Shown: positions 18,164 to 28,263, counted from the first letter of the stretch. The stretch: DNA of 64,000 bases from an uncultured Bacteroidota bacterium (GCA_963767125.1 CAVYDB010000020.1:80548-144547); one strand, 5' to 3'. Notes: generated from the sequence alone by a model not told the origin. A program made the numbers and translations.

Positions 18164-19003
18164 ATGAAATTGAAAAACACGTTTAAAATTAGTTCTCTTT
18201 TATTTTTATTATTCCTTGCCGGGTGTTCATCTCCGCTTGTCTATTCGGGTATTTGGCAGGATAAACCGGTAACTATTGATGGAAAAGCAACCGAGTGGAA
18301 AATCCCTCTTGATTATTATGACGATAAAACAAAATTGAATTTTTCTATTTCTAATGATAAAACCAACCTTTATTTTTGTATTCGTGCTACGGAAGATGAA
18401 ACACAAAAGGGAATAATACACTCCGGGCTCCAGGTATGGATAGATACCGGGGGAAGTAAGAAAACCCAGGTGGGCATCCAGTTTCCTGTCATTCAAAGAA
18501 GCGGGGAATCGTCAGGCACCCGGCATTCCCAATCTTCAGGTGCTACCAGTAATGAAGAAACGCCCGTGGCATACAGTTTGAAAAGCCGGTATGCAGGAAC
18601 CCATAAGCAAATACGACTTACAGGGTTCGGCGGGGGTATTAATGGACTTGCTGAAACACCCAATATGTATGGCATTAATGCCTGCCTGAACTGGGATACC
18701 AATAATATAATGATTTATGAAATATCTGTACCCTTCAGTACCTTTTATAAAACGGCCCTTATACCTTCCGATAGCACAAAAGTACTGGATGTTTCTTTTT
18801 TTGTGAGTGTTGCTTCACAAAGCTATGGGGGTGGAGAAGGCGGCGGCCGCTCGGGAGGAATGGGAGGTGGAATGGGAGGGATGCATGGTGGAGGCGGAGG
18901 AGGTGGTCATGGAGGTGGGGGACATAGCAGTGGCGGTAGTGATGCAAACAACAGGACCCTTGCCGCGCATGTAAAAATCAGGTTATCAACCCAGCATCTC
19001 TAA
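18164..19003 (+). CDS. Lipoprotein with a Gly/His/Met-rich low-complexity tail
   Basis: 279 aa. Lipobox FLAGCSS and a globular domain (VTIDGKATEWKIPLDYYDDKTKLNFSISNDKTNLYFCIRA, reminiscent of CBM9/DOMON-like folds). Tail is GGGEGGGRSGGMGGGMGGMHGGGGGGGHGGGGHSSGG. Confidence 0.65.
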   Translation: MKLKNTFKISSLLFLLFLAGCSSPLVYSGIWQDKPVTIDGKATEWKIPLDYYDDKTKLNFSISNDKTNLYFCIRATEDETQKGIIHSGLQVWIDTGGSKKTQVGIQFPVIQRSGESSGTRHSQSSGATSNEETPVAYSLKSRYAGTHKQIRLTGFGGGINGLAETPNMYGINACLNWDTNNIMIYEISVPFSTFYKTALIPSDSTKVLDVSFFVSVASQSYGGGEGGGRSGGMGGGMGGMHGGGGGGGHGGGGHSSGGSDANNRTLAAHVKIRLSTQHL

Positions 19004-19018
19004 TTAATAGCGGGAAAC

Positions 19019-21916
19019 TTGAAAGCTGGCTGGGGTATTACTTTACTTTTAGGAATGCTATTTGCAGGACATGGGTTAGCCCAATCTCAATCCCAGCAAC
19101 CGATAAAGATAATTGGCAAATTTATCAGTGACTCCGATAAGACTATACTTTCAGGCGTTGTTGTTACCCTATATACCCCGGATAGCGCCCAACAGTTTGT
19201 GACTTCTACCGACAACAATGGGATTTTCACATTTGAAAATATAATCCCCGGCAGGTACCGGTTAAGGGCTTCCTTCCTGGGTTTCCAGGATTTTAATATC
19301 CGGCTTGCCATGTCTGATAGGGACATTAATATGGGTATTCAAAAGATGAAATGGGGTACTACGGATATAAAAGGGGTCACTATTCACGGCACTGTGCCTG
19401 TTCAGCAGCATGAAGATACCACCGAATATAACGCCGATGCTTTTAAAACCCAACCTGATGCTTCAGCCGAAGATTTGGTAAATAAAATGCCCGGGATAAG
19501 TTCCCAGAATGGCGCTGTTACAGTAAACGGAGAACAGGTGACGCAGGTACTTGTTGATGGCACTCCATTTTTTGGCGACGACCCTATGGTAGCCCTGAAA
19601 AATCTTCCTGCCGAAGTGATAGATAAAATACAAGTGTTCGACAAACTTAGCGACCAGGCACAGTTTACAGGTTTTGACGATGGAAACACCCAAAAAACCA
19701 TCAATATTGTTACCAAACGAAATAAGCGCAATGGTACATTTGGCAAGGCTTATGCCGGTTACGGAACCGACAAGCGTTACCTTGCCGGCGGAAATATGAA
19801 TTTCTTTAATGGTCCGAGCCGCTTCAGTGTAATTGGGCTTGCCAATAATATTAACCAACAGAATTTTGCCACCGAAGATATTTTAGGTGCATTAGGCGGT
19901 AATGGGGGCGGGGGCAGAGGTGGCTCAGGAGGCGGCCCACGCAGTGGGGGTGGGGGGAATGGTGGAGGTGGAAGTAACATTTCCGGTACAGGTGGCGGGC
20001 TTACACGTGGTGCAGGCAATTTTTTGGTAGGGCAACAGGGCGGAATTACAACAACTAATTCAATAGGAATGAATTATAGCGATGCCTGGGACAAGAACAG
20101 GGTGAAACTTACGTCGAGTTATTTTTTCAATAATGCGGTAAACAGTAATAATACAACATCCTCCACAGCATATACAGGTGGCGCTGAGAACAGTAATATT
20201 TATGACCAGACATCGGGTTCGGGCAGCACCAATTATAATAGCCGCATAAATGCCCGGCTGGAATGGAACCTGGATACCAATGATGCCATATATGTAATAT
20301 TAAAAGGAAACATCCAGCAGACCCATACCTCGGCAACTGCTACAGAGTTTGACTTACTGAGTGATATAGAACAAAGTCTTTCCCAAACCAATTCATCTTC
20401 TGCAAGCAGGGGATATGATTATTCGGGCAATATTTTATACATGCATAAATTCAGAAGAAAGGGAAGGACCATTTCCTGGAACCTCGGTTTCGATAATAAT
20501 AATAAGAATACACCCGGTACCCTTTTCTCCATGGACGAGTTTTATGTGAAAGATACCGGCACCCTGATTAACCAGCAGTATTCGCAATTTACCTATGGCA
20601 ATACATTTTCCTCCAGCCTTTCTTATACCCAACCTATTGATAGTAATAGTATCCTCCAATTTAACTATAGTCCTTCGGTTAATGTAAATAATACTGATAA
20701 AAGGACCTTCAATTATGATTCTAACGGGGAGGCTTATTTATTGCCCGACACGGCATTATCTAACCAATATGAAAATACTTATATAACCCAGGCTATCGGG
20801 ATAAGTTACCGGTTAAACCACGGGAAGAAGTATTATATTATGATAGGGCTGAACCCCCAATACTCTACCCTAACTTCGCAGGAAGAATATCCCGTTAATA
20901 ACCTCCCGTCAATCCAGCGAAATTATACCAGCATACTGCCCCGCATTATATTTAATTATAAATTTTCACAAAGTAAAAACCTGCGGATAATGTACCGCAG
21001 TAATGTTACCCCGCCTACTATATCGCAGTTGCAAAATGTGGTGAATAATAGCAACCCCTTATTGCTAAATACAGGTAATCCGCAGCTAAAACAAGATTTT
21101 GAGCAGAGTTTTATTACACGCTACGGGGCTACGAACGCTAAAGCGGGAACAACTTTCCTTGTTTATATGTATGCTAATTATATAGAGAACTATATCGGCA
21201 ATGCCTCATATATCCCCTTAAAAGATAGTACCCTATCCGACGGAACCATTTTATATACAGGTTCTCAGCTATCGCAACCTGTAAATTTGCAGGGATATTG
21301 GAATGCCAAGGCTTTTATTACCTACGGATGGTTGATACGTCCGCTGAAAGTAAATATCAATCTTAATTCCGGCGCTATTTATACACATACCCCCGCATTA
21401 ATAAATGATGTTGCTAACTATTCTACTAATCATACCTATAGTGAAGGGGTTGTATTAAGCAGCGATATAAGTGAAAATGTAGATTTCACCCTTTCTTATA
21501 CCGGTAATTATAGTACTGTAAGTAATACTTTGCAAAACCAGGAAGATGATAACTATTTTACAGGGGTTGCTATGGGTAAAATAAACCTGATATTCTTTAA
21601 AGGGCTAATTTTAAATACAAGCCTTAGCCAGACTACTTACACAGGGCTTTCCCAAACCTATAACCAGGCTATTTATTTGTGGAATGGCTCAGTGGGGTAT
21701 AAATTTTTAAAAAATAAACTATTGCAGGTTTCTATAAGTGTGAATGACATACTGAACCAGAATACCAATATTACCCGCACCGTGACCGATACCTATATTC
21801 AAGATAGTCAGACAGAGGTATTGAGGCGGTATTTTATGCTGAATCTCCAATTAAATATACGCAAGTATAAAACAGCTCCCGCACCCGATGCAAAAGCGGG
21901 AGGTAACAGAGGATAG
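19019..21916 (+). CDS. Large outer-membrane beta-barrel, TonB-dependent-receptor-like, with a CarboxypepD_reg-like N-domain and a Gly-rich insert
   Basis: 965 aa (TTG start per track). GVVVTLYTPDS..TDNNGIFTFENIIPGRYRLRASFLGFQ matches a carboxypeptidase-regulatory-like fold. Plug-like VNGEQVTQVLVDGTPFFGDDP. A 45-aa insert GGNGGGGRGGSGGGPRSGGGGNGGGGSN. Long strand-rich C-part ending RRYFMLNLQLNIRKY. Confidence 0.75.
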   Translation: MKAGWGITLLLGMLFAGHGLAQSQSQQPIKIIGKFISDSDKTILSGVVVTLYTPDSAQQFVTSTDNNGIFTFENIIPGRYRLRASFLGFQDFNIRLAMSDRDINMGIQKMKWGTTDIKGVTIHGTVPVQQHEDTTEYNADAFKTQPDASAEDLVNKMPGISSQNGAVTVNGEQVTQVLVDGTPFFGDDPMVALKNLPAEVIDKIQVFDKLSDQAQFTGFDDGNTQKTINIVTKRNKRNGTFGKAYAGYGTDKRYLAGGNMNFFNGPSRFSVIGLANNINQQNFATEDILGALGGNGGGGRGGSGGGPRSGGGGNGGGGSNISGTGGGLTRGAGNFLVGQQGGITTTNSIGMNYSDAWDKNRVKLTSSYFFNNAVNSNNTTSSTAYTGGAENSNIYDQTSGSGSTNYNSRINARLEWNLDTNDAIYVILKGNIQQTHTSATATEFDLLSDIEQSLSQTNSSSASRGYDYSGNILYMHKFRRKGRTISWNLGFDNNNKNTPGTLFSMDEFYVKDTGTLINQQYSQFTYGNTFSSSLSYTQPIDSNSILQFNYSPSVNVNNTDKRTFNYDSNGEAYLLPDTALSNQYENTYITQAIGISYRLNHGKKYYIMIGLNPQYSTLTSQEEYPVNNLPSIQRNYTSILPRIIFNYKFSQSKNLRIMYRSNVTPPTISQLQNVVNNSNPLLLNTGNPQLKQDFEQSFITRYGATNAKAGTTFLVYMYANYIENYIGNASYIPLKDSTLSDGTILYTGSQLSQPVNLQGYWNAKAFITYGWLIRPLKVNINLNSGAIYTHTPALINDVANYSTNHTYSEGVVLSSDISENVDFTLSYTGNYSTVSNTLQNQEDDNYFTGVAMGKINLIFFKGLILNTSLSQTTYTGLSQTYNQAIYLWNGSVGYKFLKNKLLQVSISVNDILNQNTNITRTVTDTYIQDSQTEVLRRYFMLNLQLNIRKYKTAPAPDAKAGGNRG

Positions 21917-21943
21917 CCGGGTGGAAATAGAGTAACAGGTAAA

Positions 21944-22609
21944 TTACAGGTATTCAAATAGCTTATGCCTCAAAATAAACAATACGAGCCCGGTTTTTGA
22001 TTTTATCCCAAACTTCTCAAAGATTGATTCCCTGTACCCATCCACCGTTCTATGCTGCACATTCATTTTATCTGCAATTTGTTCATAGGTGTATTCCTTT
22101 TCGTGGCATACAAGTTTTAAAAATTCCCGCTCGCGGTCAGTAACCTGCATCAGTATTTGTTCCTGGTTGTTTTTTTTATTTTCATCTGCATTGCTGCGTA
22201 AAGAATAGGTGAGGAACTCATTATGATAATACCCTGAAATAAATATTTCATTTAACGCATTTCTTAATTCATCTGCTTCACAATTTTTCTTCAAATATCC
22301 TCTTACGCCTAACCTGAATAGCCTTACTATCATTTCTTCATCTTCACTCACTGTAAGGATAAGTACAGGGATATATATCCCTTTTTCTCGTAGTTTTTCC
22401 ATTACTATATCGCCATTCATCCGGGGCATATTTAAATCCAGAATAATCAAATCCGGTTCCACTTTTAAGGGAAACGATGCAATCAGGTTTTCTCCATTAT
22501 CAAATTGCTCCGAGATTTTGAAGGCTCCTAATTTTTCAATCAATTCTTTTAATCCGTTGCGGATAATAACATGATCATCGAGCAAAACGATATTTTTTTT
22601 TGCTTCCAT
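21944..22609 (-). CDS. LuxR/NarL-family response regulator
   Basis: Receiver domain (IVLLDDHVIIRNG...LIILDLNMPRMNG) plus a C-terminal LuxR HTH (LTDREREFLKLVCHEKEYTYEQIADKMNVQHRTVDGYRESIFEKFG). Start placed at ATG 22607-22609. Codons 3-6 contain an A9 run. Confidence 0.9.
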   Translation of the reverse strand: MEAKKNIVLLDDHVIIRNGLKELIEKLGAFKISEQFDNGENLIASFPLKVEPDLIILDLNMPRMNGDIVMEKLREKGIYIPVLILTVSEDEEMIVRLFRLGVRGYLKKNCEADELRNALNEIFISGYYHNEFLTYSLRSNADENKKNNQEQILMQVTDREREFLKLVCHEKEYTYEQIADKMNVQHRTVDGYRESIFEKFGIKSKTGLVLFILRHKLFEYL

Positions 22610-22624
22610 AATCAGCAAATATAG

Positions 22625-23419
22625 CTATAACACCAATTCGGCGGCTCCTGATTTTTTTAAAATTATGGTGCAACCTTTGCCGGGTGCAGAATCAATGGTG
22701 CAAACCATGCCAGCCCACTGGGCGCGTTTAATAATATTCCGTAACCCCGAGGCTTTTTGTGATTTCATAATGCTTTCCACATCAAAACCCTTCCCATCAT
22801 CTTCTATTTTAAGTTCAAAGTTACCGTTATCAGTAGTAATACTGATATATGAATTTTTTGCCGACGAGTGGCGAAGGGCATTTTGCATGATTTCCTGGAA
22901 TACCCTGAACACCATTAATTCCTGGCTCTTATCGAGGTTAGAAACACCGGGTGGAAGTTGAAGATGTACAATAAACCGGCGAAGCGCCCGGATACGGTGT
23001 ACTTCGGTTTCTATAGCAGCGAGCAACCCAATATGCCCGATGTAATCATTATTTAGTGTCCGGCTGAGCAGCCTGAGTTGTTGGGTTACTTCGGACAAAT
23101 AAATTTCAACAGGCTTAAAGCCATCGGTTAAAGTGGGATGGTCAATCTTTAAATTTTGTAATTGTATATGTATTGCGGTAAGCAATTGTCCTATATTATC
23201 ATGTAGTTCCTGGGCAAACTGCCCCATTATTTCTTCACTTACTTCCGTTTCTACCTGCCTTAGTTCTTTTTCAAATGTAATTTTGTTTTGTGCCAGTTCC
23301 ATTTGTTGTTTCAATCGTTGCCTTCCAGATTGGAAAAAGACCAGTACTACTGCCGAAACCAGTAATAATATCAATAGCGTAATGCTGATAACCGATAACA
23401 CTATCTCCATATTATTCAT
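22625..23419 (-). CDS. Sensor histidine kinase (HisKA_3 / NarX-like)
   Basis: One N-terminal TM helix, H-box ELHDNIGQLLTA, N-box QEIMQNALRHSSA, and G-boxes DDGKGFD and GLRNI..APGKGCTI. The ATG at 23417-23419 overlaps the upstream stop (ATGA). Confidence 0.85.
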   Translation of the reverse strand: MNNMEIVLSVISITLLILLLVSAVVLVFFQSGRQRLKQQMELAQNKITFEKELRQVETEVSEEIMGQFAQELHDNIGQLLTAIHIQLQNLKIDHPTLTDGFKPVEIYLSEVTQQLRLLSRTLNNDYIGHIGLLAAIETEVHRIRALRRFIVHLQLPPGVSNLDKSQELMVFRVFQEIMQNALRHSSAKNSYISITTDNGNFELKIEDDGKGFDVESIMKSQKASGLRNIIKRAQWAGMVCTIDSAPGKGCTIILKKSGAAELVL

Positions 23420-24108
23420 GCTGCGGGAGTAGTTTTTGAAATGGCATTTCGGCGTATAAGCCAAAAGCCCACTGCCAGTAAAACATAGCGAACATTAGAT
23501 AGTTCTATATTCACAAAACGGAATAGATAAAGGTTGATTTTAGGATAGTATAACTGCAAATAATTAAATAGACTAAAATAAGGGACCACCCCGCTGAAAT
23601 AAATTACTATCCCAAGGCTAATCCATACTTCCGGGGATGTTCTCCAGGTGTTGTTTTGAGTGGTTAACTGTACATACATTACAGACAAATAAAGAACGAC
23701 TAACAAAATACCTTCTGCTACATATCCATGATTTGAAAAAACTAACGGGCCCTTTATAATTATTTCAAAGAGGAATACCCCGAGAAAAATAAAATACCCT
23801 CCCCATACCAGCCATTTTTTCCTGTCTGTTCTAAAATATTCATATCCTGCCATACATAAAAAACCGGCTTCAACAGGCATAGCCAAATTATACACCCATT
23901 GATTATTGTGGTTCATGTTAGGAATTAATTCTGCTATGTATGATAAAATGATGATTAAAAGATACGTGAGTAACTGGAAGAAGAAAATACTATAAATTAA
24001 ATTCATATATTTCAATGCATACATTCCAAATGCAAGGGCTATTATCAGGCCCGCCAATTCATGTAATATCCGCAGAATATTCAACTGTGCTATATTATTA
24101 TAAAGCAT
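23416..24108 (-). CDS. Multi-pass (about 7 TM) membrane protein, first gene pair of the sensory operon
   Basis: Hydrophobic helices throughout. Start placed at the internal Met (MLYNNIAQLN) to avoid a 55-nt overlap with the upstream gene. No family recognised. Confidence 0.55.
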   Translation of the reverse strand: MLYNNIAQLNILRILHELAGLIIALAFGMYALKYMNLIYSIFFFQLLTYLLIIILSYIAELIPNMNHNNQWVYNLAMPVEAGFLCMAGYEYFRTDRKKWLVWGGYFIFLGVFLFEIIIKGPLVFSNHGYVAEGILLVVLYLSVMYVQLTTQNNTWRTSPEVWISLGIVIYFSGVVPYFSLFNYLQLYYPKINLYLFRFVNIELSNVRYVLLAVGFWLIRRNAISKTTPAA

Positions 24109-24158
24109 AAATATAGCGCATTTATTTTGTAATAAACTATTGCGGCGGTTAGTATGTT

Positions 24159-25067
24159 TTAATTTGTCCGTAGGGTATATATAATTCCGGTTGCCGGGCA
24201 TTCGGGAGGACACATGTTGGCAAGGTCAGCCATTTTATTTGCAGGAAATAAATGTGAATGCGGGTTGCTTTCATAAAAAGCAGGCACAAGCAGTATGTCA
24301 TGCTTTATTACCGGGTACCATCCGCCACCCGGTATTGTTGGTGTTGCCGGTATATTTGCCGGAACAGGACGCCCTATGCTTTGAAGGACAATGGAAGTAT
24401 CCTGCTTCCCTGTCACCATTAAATTAGCGCTCATAACAGCTGAAATTTCCTGGAATGAGAAAATGAGAGTTGAATCATCAGGGGAATATGAAAGGGAATT
24501 AAAATTCCCCTGGTCTCCGTAATAATGATTGATAATTATATTAGTTTGATAGTTTATTTCATCAGTTACATTTTGAGTATAATCTGCACTGCCGAGGATA
24601 CCATTAGTACCGATAAGATAATACGGATTGTTGGCCAATGAGTCTTCGCGGGCTGTGCAAGTGTAATAGTAAGTATCGGGTATATTGGGTACAGATCCTG
24701 CTTGGATAACAAAAAGCGGCCGTATATATAAGTCGAGAGAATACTTGTTTATTCCATACTTTATTTCCACAGCCGTTATGTAATGGGCGGCTCCGGCAAC
24801 AGTTGCAGCCCTGGTAGCTTTATTCTGAAGGAAACTTATTTCTGTAATGGTTAGTGTGTCTCGCATTGTTACAACAGAGGTCTTGTTTGTTGTGATAAGG
24901 TTTGGGATTAAGATATCAGTCGACGCGTAATTAACGTATCCTTTTGCAACAGGGACGGACACTATATCGCCCGTTAAATCTATTTTATCTTCCGTATTTT
25001 CTTTTTGGCAGTTTGCAATAACACAAGCTGTAAAAACAAAGCTTGTTAGCAGAATATTTTTTTTCAT
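24159..25067 (-). CDS. Lipoprotein of unknown function
   Basis: Start at MKKNILLTSFVFTACVIANC (lipobox), ATG 25065-25067. About 300 aa, beta-rich, Asn/Thr/Tyr-rich. No family recognised. Confidence 0.6.
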   Translation of the reverse strand: MKKNILLTSFVFTACVIANCQKENTEDKIDLTGDIVSVPVAKGYVNYASTDILIPNLITTNKTSVVTMRDTLTITEISFLQNKATRAATVAGAAHYITAVEIKYGINKYSLDLYIRPLFVIQAGSVPNIPDTYYYTCTAREDSLANNPYYLIGTNGILGSADYTQNVTDEINYQTNIIINHYYGDQGNFNSLSYSPDDSTLIFSFQEISAVMSANLMVTGKQDTSIVLQSIGRPVPANIPATPTIPGGGWYPVIKHDILLVPAFYESNPHSHLFPANKMADLANMCPPECPATGIIYTLRTN

Positions 25068-25090
25068 ATTTTTTGCTTTAAATGTGGCCG

Positions 25091-25098
25091 CAAAAATA
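25091..25098 (-). promoter_or_regulatory. -7 box TATTTTTG for the lipoprotein/7TM/HK/RR operon
   Basis: The reverse complement of CAAAAATA matches TAnnTTTG, 24 nt upstream of the ATG at 25067. Confidence 0.4.
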
Positions 25099-25578
25099 TT
25101 TATCAAATATTAAACAGGTTATAGTTTAGTACCGGGAATAACCCCGTTTTTGGATACGGGAGAAATCCCCTCCCATATTTGCATAAAACCCCCTTGCCGG
25201 AGAGTATCATTTCATTGCACTTTTACAGCGTCGGATTTTTAAATATGCGGGGAACCTTAAAACGAGGGATAGATTAAATGCAATAGAATGATAATGAAGT
25301 ATTTAAATATGATAACTTGCTGATGGCGATATGTGCAACAGGATAAGGAAATCTGATTAATTGTGGCTCATAGGTTTTGTATCCTGGTGTTTCATACCCC
25401 TAAGCATATTGTATGGAGATGTATATAAGTAACAAAAAGTATTTTTTAGTGAAAGCCCGGTTTGCCTATTATTAATAAAACCCTTCCCTCCCGTACGTAA
25501 AAGAAAGCTTCTTCAGAGCAAGAACATTACAAAAGCAGGTAGGTTTGTTTAGTCATGAATCAAGCTATGTAATGTCTC

Positions 25579-25602
25579 CCATCCCGCAATTCTGCGGGAT
25601 GG
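25579..25602. terminator. Strong 10-bp hairpin (CCATCCCGCA-ATTC-TGCGGGATGG)
   Basis: Perfect stem with a 4-nt loop. On the + strand it is followed by CTCTTTTA. It lies about 100 nt downstream of the HlyD-like stop on the minus strand, inside a 600-nt gene-free gap. Confidence 0.45.
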
Positions 25603-25705
25603 CTCTTTTAATGGGTATCCCTTACCTGAAATGTTGTTTTGATTTTAAAAAAATAAAAACTGATCAAAGGGCTGATAACCTGAAAGGAAAAAAGAATAAT
25701 AGTCT

Positions 25706-26765
25706 TTACTGTACAGTAATAGCAACCTCTACGCTAAGTCCTGCACGGAGTTGTTTGTAAGCCGGGTTTTTGGTATCCAATACTATTTTAATGGGTATGC
25801 GTTGAACCACTTTTACATAGTTTCCTGTGGCATTGTCAGGAGGTAATAGTGAGAACAAAGCCCCCGTAGCTCCGGCAAAGGAACTTACGGTACCATTAAT
25901 AGATTTGTCCATTTAAGGCATCAATTGTAACACTGGCTGCCTGGCCTGGCTTAATATCACTTAGTTGGGTTTCTTTAAAATTAGCTTCTATCCAAACGCT
26001 ATCCTCAACAACAGCAAGCAAAGAAGAACCGGCTCCTACCAATTGCCCTAACTGTATAGACCGTTTAGAGGCAATTCCATTGGCAGGGGCTGTAATAGTA
26101 GCATAAGAGAGTTGGAGTTTGGCAAAATCAACAGCAGATTGTTTTACACTCACCGCAGCCTGTGCTGAACCAAGGTCTGCGAGGGAAAGTTCATATTGCT
26201 TTTGGGTTGATTCTAATTTTTTGGTAGCAATGTCTATCTTGTTAGAATCACTTTCCATAGTGGTTCTATAATGGTCAAATTGTTCCTGGGTAACAGAGCC
26301 ATCTTTGTAAAGGTTTTGGTAGCGTTCAAAATCCCGTACTGCTTTGTTATAGTCAATTTTAGCGGAAGTTATTTCATCTTTGCTTGTTGCCAGCATAGAT
26401 TCTACAGATGCTGAATTAGCTTTTGATACTTCTGCATTAGCCTGTGCATCGTTCAGGTCGGCTTCTGCCTGTTGTTCTTTAATAATAAGATCTTTATCAT
26501 CTAATTGTACTAAGAGTTGCCCCTTAGTTACATGTTCATTATCTTTAAAGTTAATGGAAGTAACGTAATCGGAAATTCTTGCAACAACAGGGTCAATATT
26601 ACTTGATAGCTGGGCATCATCGGTGCTTTCAATATTTTTAAAGTGCAGATATTGCCGGATACCAACTCCAATACCGGCAACCAATATCACTCCGAGGACT
26701 ATAGTGGTTACCCTATTTCCCTTTTTTTTCTCTGTTTCAGGTTCTGTTTCTTTTTCGTCGCTCAT
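25706..26765 (-). pseudogene. HlyD/EmrA-family efflux adaptor (membrane fusion protein), one frameshift near the 3' end
   Basis: ORFs 25896..26765 and 25706..25912 together give a full EmrA-like protein: TM anchor, coiled coil, and GNYVKVVQRIPIKIVLD...LRAGLSVEVAI at the end. The shift fits an extra base in AATGGA[C]AAATCT, around nt 25907. Confidence 0.8.
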
Positions 26766-26776
26766 AAAAGTCGCTA

Positions 26777-28150
26777 TTATTTAGTAGTAAATTCTCCAGC
26801 CGATTTTAACATGGAATAGTAAGCAAGCGTTGCATCGGCTTTGGAAGAAATAAGGTTAATTTTTGCATTCAGGAGATAGGTATCAGCATCCAGTAAATCG
26901 GTTAATAAGGCAATGTGGTTATCGTATTTCGATTTTACAATTTTATAATTCTCCTGGGCCTGCTCTAAAGATTTATTAGCCACGTCAATCTTTTCCAGCG
27001 ATTCTTTATATTGAACATAATCATGATTGATGTCCATTTTTGCATTATCAGAAAGGTCATCATACTGCGCTTTAGCTTCAGCTAATCTTGCACGGCTTAT
27101 ATTGGTTTTATCTTTGTTATCATACAGCCCGGTAATACTATAGGAAATCCTGAAACCAATATCCCACGAAGGTTGAAACTGGTCTAAAGGGGGAACAATG
27201 CGTGGGTTCGGGCGGAGGTAATTATAGTCTGCCCCTACTGTAACATGGGGATATAAGCTGCTTTTAGTTTCTTCAATAGTTGCTTCAGCAGCTTTTTGTT
27301 GCATGTCAGCTGCTTTCAAATCATTCCGGTTTTGAGAAAAGTTATCGAGGTAATAGGGGAGGGGCTTTACTACTTTATTGCCCAAAATGGAATTACTGTC
27401 CACCCCTATACGGCTATTGCCGGGCAACCCAAGCATTATAATGAGGTTGAAATTCACCGTTTCAATCTGGTTCTTAATATCTATTTCGGTAAGTTGCGTA
27501 TTAGTTTGCTCTAATTGTATCCGCAATAAATCATTTTGAGTGGCAAGCCCGTGTTTTACAAAATCGCTTACCTCATTCACGTGTGCACCAATTTGTTTCA
27601 GGTTTTCCTCCACTACATCATAAGCACGTTGGAGCTTGAACAAATTGATATATGCCATAACAACTGCAAGAGAAACATCGCCTTTTTTACTTTCTAAAGA
27701 AAATTCAGAACTTTTCTCGGCAAACTGCAAATTCTGAACTGCATATTTCCATTGAAACCCATTAAATACATTCTCACTGACCGATGCACCTAAATTATAA
27801 TTATTCAGGATAATAGGAAATAAAGCGGTGGATGGAATAGCTTCGGGCGAGCCGGGGATAGTAAAATATTCCACCGGTACATTGCTTAACCTGGAATAAC
27901 CTGCCGATAAATCAACATCCGGGACAACCCTGTTATTAAGGTCATCGAGTGAAGATTTGCCTTCATTTACCCTTGCAGAAGAATATTGGATTTGCTTGCT
28001 ATTCTGCAAGCCCATACTGATAGCGCTATCTAAAGAAAGTATTTTGTATTTAAGGCTGTCGCCTGCAAATACATTGAATGAACTTAATGAGAATCCTAAA
28101 CTTAAAAGTAGTAAAAAGGAAGTATTTTTATAGACCGTGATATGTTTCAA
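26777..28150 (-). CDS. TolC-family outer-membrane efflux protein
   Basis: 457 aa. Signal peptide and two TolC-type repeat halves (LSLDSAISMGLQNSKQIQ..., LKAADMQQKAAEATIEETKSSLYPHV...). Lies 11 nt upstream of the adaptor gene. Confidence 0.85.
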   Translation of the reverse strand: MKHITVYKNTSFLLLLSLGFSLSSFNVFAGDSLKYKILSLDSAISMGLQNSKQIQYSSARVNEGKSSLDDLNNRVVPDVDLSAGYSRLSNVPVEYFTIPGSPEAIPSTALFPIILNNYNLGASVSENVFNGFQWKYAVQNLQFAEKSSEFSLESKKGDVSLAVVMAYINLFKLQRAYDVVEENLKQIGAHVNEVSDFVKHGLATQNDLLRIQLEQTNTQLTEIDIKNQIETVNFNLIIMLGLPGNSRIGVDSNSILGNKVVKPLPYYLDNFSQNRNDLKAADMQQKAAEATIEETKSSLYPHVTVGADYNYLRPNPRIVPPLDQFQPSWDIGFRISYSITGLYDNKDKTNISRARLAEAKAQYDDLSDNAKMDINHDYVQYKESLEKIDVANKSLEQAQENYKIVKSKYDNHIALLTDLLDADTYLLNAKINLISSKADATLAYYSMLKSAGEFTTK

Positions 28151-28263
28151 TTTTAGTTTTAGCTCGTGTTATTTATTGATAGAAGCCCCCTTCAAATAGT
28201 ATATTTCGGTGAAGACGATTCAAAATTATAAAGACTTTAAAATTTGATAATAATTTTTTGTGG

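Noticed and set aside
19777-20019. Pro-rich 80-aa minus-strand ORF
   Set aside because: It is the reverse complement of the Gly-rich (GGN)n insert of the 965-aa OM protein.
25545-25760. 71-aa + ORF in the gap after the adaptor gene
   Set aside because: It overlaps the 3' end of the HlyD-like gene and spans the hairpin. It has no promoter box or family resemblance, so the gap is treated as noncoding.
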